From positions 304,220 through 324,219 of the forward strand of contig JBEUKZ010000018.1 in assembly GCA_048128005.1 (NCBI GenBank): a stretch of DNA of 20,000 nucleotides. The letters are read 5' to 3'. The notes under the pieces were generated by a model, which saw nothing but the letters and a program-made list of their open reading frames with translations, was not told the origin of the DNA and did not search any database. Origin of the DNA: Veleropilina oligotropha (lineage: Eukaryota). Made by a program: the position numbers and the translations under genes. The first letter of the stretch is position 1; every line of letters begins with the position of its first letter. Below are positions 12,492-20,000 of the stretch, piece after piece.

Positions 12492-12908
12492 CTTCTGTTT
12501 CCGTTTTCTTTGCAGCCAATCACCTTCGCCGCCACTATTCCAGCGTTCCCGATTAGCGAGCGTCCCGGTTCAATAATCAGTGTCAAATCTTCCTCGCCAA
12601 TAATGTCACTAATGGCGGATATAACATCAGCAGGGGTAGGCAGCTGGGTAATCGTAGCAGAGGTAGGCAGCTGAGTAATCGTAGCGGAGGTAGGCAGCTG
12701 GGTAATCGTATCGGAGGTATGCAGCTGTGTAATCGTAGCGGAGGTATGCAGCTGGGTAATCGTAGCAGAGGTATGCAGCTGGGTAATCGTAGCAGAGGTA
12801 GGTGTCTGGGTAATGGTAGCGGAGGCAGGCAGCTGGGTAATCGTAGCAGAGGTAGGCAGCTGGGTAATCTTATCAGACGTTTCTTTGCAATTTTCTTCAT
12901 TTTGTAAT
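12492..12908 (-). CDS. lysA: Diaminopimelate decarboxylase, internal exon (417 bp, phase 2-2) with repeat insertion
   Basis: CTCTAG / GTGCGC boundaries; ...LPTPADVISAISDIIGEEDLTLIIEPGRSLIGNAGIVAAKVIGCKENGNR, EPGR motif. Split codon AG|G (Arg) joins the next exon in frame. Confidence 0.92.
12635..12868 (-). repeat. Coding 27-bp minisatellite, about 8.7 copies, encoding (ITQLPTSAT)n
   Basis: Read directly: ITQLPTSAT ITQLPASAT ITQTPTSAT ITQLHTSAT ITQLHTSAT ITQLHTSDT ITQLPTSAT ITQLPTSAT ITQLPT. Confidence 0.96.
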
Positions 12909-13134
12909 CTAGAGAAAATATACAATGGAAACATTCCATCACATATCACGCATTATATAAACGTTTAAAAGTGATTAGTTTAAATATTTAAAAATAGTTG
13001 TTAATATTTTCTGCGCACTACATCATGTCATATGACTTACAGATATATGGAAAATAAAAATCATCTTTAAATTTTTAAACGATTTCCACTAGAAGCGACA
13101 GACGAGACCAGCCAACTAATCAAATGTGAAGTAC

Positions 13135-13220
13135 TGAATTGACTTTGGATGCGTTTCCAAAGATTCTCGTGAACCCGAAACACCCGGATCTGAAGATGGA
13201 TGCATCTTGGTCTTCTGTTC
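13135..13220 (-). CDS. lysA: Probable DAPDC exon (86 bp, phase 0-2) encoding a non-conserved loop insertion
   Basis: Strong acceptor TTTCTTTCCAG, weaker donor GTACTT; open frame EQKTKMHPSSDPGVSGSRESLETHPKSI, CA|A (Gln) joins 12908 in frame. No family motif, so support is splice sites and phase only. Confidence 0.62.
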
Positions 13221-13554
13221 CTGGAAAGAAATGCCAAACTTTATAATCATACTCCAATATACACGATTTGCGACCTAGCAATCACAATATAGGCGAATTG
13301 GTGTTTTATAATATTAATTTCGTATTTGTTACAACACACTTGGCATGTCACACATTCCGCATCCTAGTCCAGTAGATAACATAACAAATTACCCTAACCG
13401 TAAAGTTGCGTACTAATGCAATTTTATTGTTTCAAATGGTAGATAGACATGTATAGATGAAAAATCAGACGGGTGCCACGCTGGTACTGTTGAGCAATAT
13501 TTTTTATTGACGTCATTACCCGCCCCCCCCCCCCCCACTCGCAAATTTTCTGAT

Positions 13555-13960
13555 TAGGTTAAACCATTAAATAACCACATATGTATCATGTGTGGTGTCA
13601 TAGTATAGATAATTAAATGCACATCGTGTAAATAATGTTATTACATAATTATTTTTTGTAGAAAATTTATTTAAAAAAAAATGACGTAATTAGCCACGCT
13701 CCTTTTCTTACATAAATAGGTCAAAGTACAATGTAGAACACAACATGTATAGTTTGGTATCAAATGAAAGATAATCACCAGAACGTCAATAATCATTGGT
13801 GTTAAACAGTTCTTTTGTCAATTATTTATACTATTTAACTCCCTTTTCTCATATCATACTGTTATGCACATATAATGTATTTAACCATTGCGAGTAAACT
13901 AGCCCGTATAGGACAAGAAGAATCTGATACGTTAACTATGTTATGTTTTGCATCAATTGA
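13555..13960 (+). repeat. Interspersed AT-rich repeat (probable non-autonomous DNA element end), copy A
   Basis: AAACCATTAAATAACCACATATGTATCATGTGTGGTGTCATA...TGACGTAATTAGCCAC...AGTTTGGTATCAAATGAAAG; inverted homologues at ~17400-17660 and 19832-19999. Confidence 0.75.
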
Positions 13961-14027
13961 ATCATTGATTGACAAAGATACTTTTAAGGCTAAATATGAA
14001 ATCAATGTAATTATTTGATAATTTGAT

Positions 14028-14200
14028 CGCACCAGTAGTTGAGTGGATAAAAGCGCGTGTTCGAATCCTCGGCTAGGCACTTTGTTTCGAAAACTGTCAT
14101 ATTTGTCCAAAACTGGTCGGTGAGCATGGAAGGTCCCTTGGAAAACGGGACATTATGCATACCAAAATGAAATCACCTGATGTTGTTTATTCTACAATAT
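14028..14200 (+). mobile_element. Possible degenerate tRNA-derived SINE head (different family)
   Basis: GTAGTTGAGTGGATAA (A-box-like) followed by GTTCGAATCC (B-box); no cloverleaf and no TSD seen. Confidence 0.4.
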
Positions 14201-14224
14201 ATAAGTTATGATGTAACTATTTAT

Positions 14225-16090
14225 AATGAGCCACGTTCTCCTTGAGACAGTTCGAGAATCATGAACAGGGCGCCTTGGGGTCGATTGTTTACTTACATCA
14301 GTCACCTCAGCGTCTGAGCTAATACGGAAGTGGAGGAAGAGGAATGATTCTTAATGTCCTGTATATTTACAACATCGAGGTTCAAGGCAGGACATGTCCG
14401 TGTTATCGCGGGAGGAAACCCATTCGCCCGGGTAAACCCACCAGAACGTCAATAATCATTGGTGTTAAACAGTTCTTTTGTCAATTATTTATACTATTTA
14501 TACTATTTATTTAGTCGCGGACAACTGTGATTCATAACTTGAACAAATGTCAATGCCTCTGCCAGGTATTGAACCCACTACTAATCGCATTAGCGGAATC
14601 AAGCCAGTGAATTTAGAGTGGACACTCTTACCCACTGCCCGGCCGAAGCGGCCTAATACAGAAGTGATTGCCTCTTACATGTATATGACTTGAAAATAAT
14701 GATGCCATATTTCTTTGCATCGTGTAACTGATATTACGCCATATATCTTTGATATGGCATCATTGCATGTTACTAGAAGGATTACTACAAAAAATATTGA
14801 GAGGGGTGTGAAACTCTTCCTTCACAAGTTTGGATGAAAACCTACATCAGAAATGACAAGTCCAACAGTAAGTCATAATAGTTTGAGCAGATGGCAAAGT
14901 GAGTATTATCACATCTCTGTCAATAGACACTGTGTTCAAAGAGGAAGAACGCAACTCAGAGATGAGAAGTCACAAAGAAGAAGGTGGAAAACGCAGGAAA
15001 TTTGATGCTGAAGACAGAATAAAATGTTGATTTACAGAAGCACAATAATTATCTAACCATGCATCCAGAAATCCACTCACACTATAACATCGTAAGGTTA
15101 TGTTAATCAAATGTAGACAATTTTCTGGTTATAGAAGGAATGTCAGCAAAATTTATAATTAAACTGTATGATGGATTTCGTGCCCTACAGTGAAAAAAGT
15201 AGTGACAATGATAACAATAATTAAAAATGCAATAGTGACTGAAAATAGTATAATATGGTATGGAGACACTCATTTCCCGCCTACCTATCATCACGCTGAA
15301 AAGAGGCATCCAACTGTCTGAGCTTTTAGAACACGGACAGTCACCTCAAACATCATCACTATTAGATAACTATGTGAATGTGAGGAATGAAGAAACCCCC
15401 TCCCCCCATCTCCTACTTAATTTAACACAGTTTGCAGCAGTGGCTGTTGGAAATAAACCACTTCCCAATAACGATGTGTTCACGAATAGAACCGCATGCG
15501 ATAAGTAACATTCTGTGTAACACTACACACATCAATCTTCAATTGCAGTTACTACGAGTAAATGGTCAATTGGTCACGAGGAGAGGCGACGTAACCTCTA
15601 TTAGTTATCTTAAACAACTACTACATGAAACTTTCAACCGATGATACAATAACACATCTTTGTTTTTATGGTTCATTTCTTCTTGCAAAACAAAGGCGCA
15701 GCACAGATTCCTATAATGAAGTATAACAGAAAGATAATTCATAACAATGCCAACGCACTGAAAGGACAAATCTCCTGGCTCTTCATGCGCTGCTATAATG
15801 GGTGAGATTCAATATCATATCAGTTCGACAGAAGAAAGATATCTGCAGTACAAATGCTTCTTAAGCTAGAGATGGACTAGAAGATTTCACTGATCGGAAT
15901 GCGCAAGAAATAGACTGGGTGAGAGCAAGAACACAACTTCAGAAAAACAAAGGAACCTCCGAAGATACAAAAATGAAGTAGCAGAAACCATGTTCCCGAA
16001 ACGGATGCAGCTTTCAGACAAAAGAACTATCATATGCTTTTTATTGTGAAGGTAGCGCAAATGATACATGCAAACATGAGCATTGTGGTT
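14225..16090 (+). pseudogene. Heavily decayed transposase, Academ-like (DDE-associated region plus XPG/H3TH-like domain)
   Basis: Collinear peptide remnants across frames: TGRLGVDCLL, DCLLHVYDLKIMMPYFFAS..YYA, SHKEEGGKRRKFDAEDRIK, NVDN..KLYDGF..KKVVTM, METLISRL...LSELLEH..SPQTSSLLDNY, LHAAIMG*DSISYQFDRRK (cf. HALSGCDTTS.F.GKGK), PETDAAF. Family assignment is from remembered consensus, not a search. Confidence 0.65.
14333..14652 (-). mobile_element. tRNA-derived SINE, copy 3, inserted in the transposase relic
   Basis: Highly similar to 1103-1365; 14-bp TSD CTAATACRGAAGTG at 14319-14332 and 14653-14666 (1 mismatch); carries a foreign insert at ~14443-14512. Confidence 0.9.
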
Positions 16091-16556
16091 GACCATGATG
16101 ATGACTAAACATTGTTACATATATACATTATCTGTAAACATTACATACCGATATTCTCATAACATAGTATGTTATTATGGTATTTATTAAGAGAAATATT
16201 CTCTGAGATATATTTAATATAAATTATAATAATTAATATGAGATGACGTACCCAGCTGTTTATTAGACGGACATTGTTATTGATGTGGATTATCATTTAA
16301 TTCTCTCTACTTGTGTCTACTGATATGAGAAACAAGACCAAAAGCTAGGAATGGCTCACGCATTAATCACTTACATTTCAAGATTACTGTGTCCGCACTC
16401 AGCGATGGATGAAATTGATCTATAAAGCATATAATGTCGGCAAAGAATGCCCATGGAAATATTTTCCAAGTCCAAAATTAGCGTTATAAAGTAAAATGGC
16501 TTTCAATATTACTAAGGTGGGGTCAGATAATAATGAAATAGTCATGTATAACATAC

Positions 16557-16803
16557 AAAGGAAAGGATCGATGATGCTTAATGTCCTGTACATTTCCAAC
16601 AATTTAGTATGAAGCATGACATGTCCATATTATTGCGGGACGAATGCCCGCCCTCTCCGACCAGCTATGGACTACTGTCATTCATAACTTGAACAATAAC
16701 GCCATGTCCCAACCGCGGTTCGAACCCACTACTGTTCATGTCATTGGAATCAAGCCAGTGATTTTTCGAAGTCTGCAACCAAAACCACACGACTCTCGGA
16801 GCG
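16557..16803 (-). mobile_element. tRNA-derived SINE, diverged copy 4
   Basis: ATGATGCTTAATGTCCTGTA...TTCATAACTTGAACAA...TCGAACCCACTACTGTTC...GGAATCAAGCCAGTGA collinear with copy 1; B-box GGTTCGAACC on the minus strand. Confidence 0.85.
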
Positions 16804-17073
16804 TTCAATATAACATTCAATAATGCTAACACATGCACATTGTTGCATATATATAGCATGCTGGATAAAGTTTAACCAAAATTGTTACGATAAATCAAAA
16901 AACAGCATTTGATGTTAAAACTTGAATGAAAGTATTGTTTTGGCCCGTGGCTTAACTAACCATATTGTCAGTTAGATCACGGGGGATTACTTTCTTACAC
17001 TAAAAATGTGTTTATTAGTTTATTAATATCATATATTTTTAAATTATTATTCATTTTTGCCATGGTTTAAGTG

Positions 17074-17662
17074 GGTTATATCACTCGGTTTTTGCTGTTT
17101 AATCGGAGAAGCCCGTCAAATTAAACACCTCGTGGTTTAACTGCAGGTTTCTCCGATTAGACAACCAAACCACGTGATGTAACCTATGCTGAAACTACCT
17201 TCAATATTACTAAGATGGTATTATGTGACAATGAAATAGTGATATCTAACATATAGCATTGCTAAAACATGTACTACTATTTTGTCGCTTATATAGCGTG
17301 ATTGAGAAACTTTCTCCAAATTTGTTGTTGCTGATTGGCAGGACGACAAGCTCATTATGCATACTATATTAGACTCGCATTTGCAAGACAAAATGGTTAC
17401 GATTAAATAATGTAAATAATTGAATAAGAAATTGCTTGAAATCAACGATTATGGACGTGTTGATGATTACCTTTCATTTGATACCAAACTCGATATGTTT
17501 TGTTATACATATTATTTTGACCTATAATTAAAAGTGAAAAGAGGTGTGGTAAATTACGCAATATTATACAGGGTGAAATAATATCTTGAAGATGAATATT
17601 AAATTACGTATCATATAACACCACACATGATGTGTATTCAGTCATTTACCGGTTTAATATAA
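17074..17662 (-). repeat. Diverged copy B of the 13555 repeat, with a ~110-nt hairpin at 17074-17184
   Basis: CTTTCATTTGATACCAAACT, TTTGACCTAT and ACACCACACATGAT are the inverse of 13580-13790; hairpin arms GGTTATATCAC/GTGATGTAACC and TGTTTAATCGGAGAAGCC/GGTTTCTCCGATTAGACA. Whether the hairpin belongs to the same element is inference. Confidence 0.6.
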
Positions 17663-17707
17663 TTACAAAATGCCAAACTAGATTTGTTTTGATATATAGC
17701 CTATATG

Positions 17708-17709
<2 letters not shown>

Positions 17710-17764
<55 letters not shown>
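17710..17764. repeat. (TA)n microsatellite
   Basis: Perfect dinucleotide run. Confidence 0.99.
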
Positions 17765-17768
<4 letters not shown>

Positions 17769-19075
17769 TAAACCGATATTTATTGCACAAGTTTGCAATG
17801 GATCGGGTAAAAACAGTTACATAACTGATCAAAGTACCCTTTCCTTCATGTGATACAATTTCAAAAACATATTAATAACAAGATGGTTTGTCGTAAATGT
17901 ATGCAAAGATACATTGAATCAACGTGTGTCTCAGTAATGAAAAGAAAACAAAAATAAAATGTGACAAGCAGGTATGTGATTATACATTAAACAGAGATAT
18001 AATTGTTATAACCGGGTTTTGTATCGTATTAATATAAAGTTACAAAAATCTATCTGTAGCATTAATAAAATGCTGAACATGCTTAAACATTTCTCTATTT
18101 TTATCTTCTGATGACGAGCTAACGCCATATAGTAAGGTAGTCGGTGAAAATTCATAATTTCGTAAATTTCTAATAAGAATATCTCGTTCATTCAAATAGT
18201 TTGGACAATGTAACATATAATGTTTTACAGATTCATTGGGATAACCACATGAGCATGATGGAGATGCTATTATGTGACTTATAAAAAGGTCGTAATTCAG
18301 AGCACTGCAATTTCTACGTAACTTTCTATGAATAACATCAAGACGTCTGGAGTTTGTGACGAGGCAAGATGGTTTTGACTTTTTTGGAGTAAGAGCTGTT
18401 TTAAATGATGATAGCGATTGAGAATTTCTAATTGAATCAGGTAAACTATTCCATAATCGAATTGTAGACGGAAAAAATGAACGTTGGCTAATATCTAGCC
18501 TGCTGAGAACATTAGCAAAATCGGTTCTATTTCGTAACGTGTACAATGATATATCGCCGACATAACGAGGAAGTAAATTTATCAGGTAATCTGGAGTCAT
18601 GTGGTTTTTTATCTTATAAAGAGTACACATCTTTTTCTTATTTCTTCGCGCTTTTAAGCTCTGTATTCCAGTTTCCTCCTATAGATCATTGATGCATGCA
18701 TAACGAGGTAGACCAGTGATAATCCTCATAGCCTCGTTTTGAATCAAATCAAGACGATGGCTTTCACATTCACTCATACCATCCCATATTTCAGATCCAT
18801 ATTCCAGTTTGGGTCGTATAAACGTGATATATATTTTCAACAAGATATCAAAACTAAGTATAAATTTAAATTTTCTCAAAACTGAAATCATTTTTGAAGC
18901 TGATTTCACGAGATCATTTATATGAAAAGACCATTTTGCAGAGTTAGACAATGTAATTCCTAAATGTTTATGTGCATTTACAAATGGAATAAGTATTGTA
19001 TTAAATACTAATTTCGGATTTTGGATTGCTTTATTCGTTACTAACATAGCTTCTGTTTTTGCCGGATTGAATGAA
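17765..19075 (-). mobile_element. 5'-truncated CR1-group LINE, related to the inner LINE at 3052
   Basis: SFNPAKTEAML...HKHLGITLSNSAKWSFHI...IYITFIRPKLEYGSEIW...SFFPSTIRLWNSLP...CSCGYPNESVKHYMLHCPNY (CCHC), stop at 18040; 3' UTR with stem-loop and AATAAA (17784-17779). Confidence 0.92.
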
Positions 19076-19831
<756 letters not shown>

Positions 19832-20000
19832 CTATTTTGACCTATTTATGTATGAAAAGGGGGGTGGCTAATTACGTCATTTAAATTAATAAATATTCTT
19901 CAATAAAATAATTATGTACTAACATTATTTTCACGATGTGCCTTTAATTATCTATCATATGACACCACACATGATACATATGTGGTTATTTAATGGTTTG
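19832..20000 (-). repeat. Copy C of the 13555 repeat, inverted, running to the window edge
   Basis: TTTGACCTATTTATGTA...GTGGCTAATTACGTCATTT...TATGACACCACACATGATACATATGTGGTTATTTAATGGTTT is the reverse complement of 13561-13726. Confidence 0.85.

Noticed and set aside
12583..12942. Alternative-frame and antisense ORFs over the 27-bp array
   Set aside because: By-products of a stop-free repeat; only the ITQLPTSAT frame joins the EPGR motif.
16375..16419. 45-bp candidate DAPDC exon (TATAG / GTAAGT, minus strand)
   Set aside because: Phase 0, required to join the 13220 exon, contains TGA, and no LysA motif is present.

Overview
AT-rich eukaryotic (animal-type, probably invertebrate; taxon is inference) genomic DNA, mostly transposon-derived. 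The only host gene I can support is the 3' half of a spliced diaminopimelate decarboxylase (lysA/DAPDC, plant-type sequence) on the minus strand. It has five GT-AG exons with consistent phases (13220-13135, 12908-12492, 12019-11857, 10866-10771, 10410-10285) and an in-frame 9-aa tandem-repeat insertion; its 5' exons lie beyond the window. Positions ~400-7060 hold a nested set of insertions: a decayed CR1/L2-group LINE interrupted by a tRNA-derived SINE and by a second 5'-truncated LINE (11-bp TSDs each). The second LINE contains a TIR element, which itself contains a SINE. Also present: a Helentron/DINE-like element, two MITEs, two minisatellites, a decayed Academ-like transposase, and a third LINE joined head-to-head to a Penelope-like fragment that carries a 5' inversion and a minimal hammerhead ribozyme, the pair lying between two (TA)n tracts. 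No CRISPR, rRNA or true tRNA gene.
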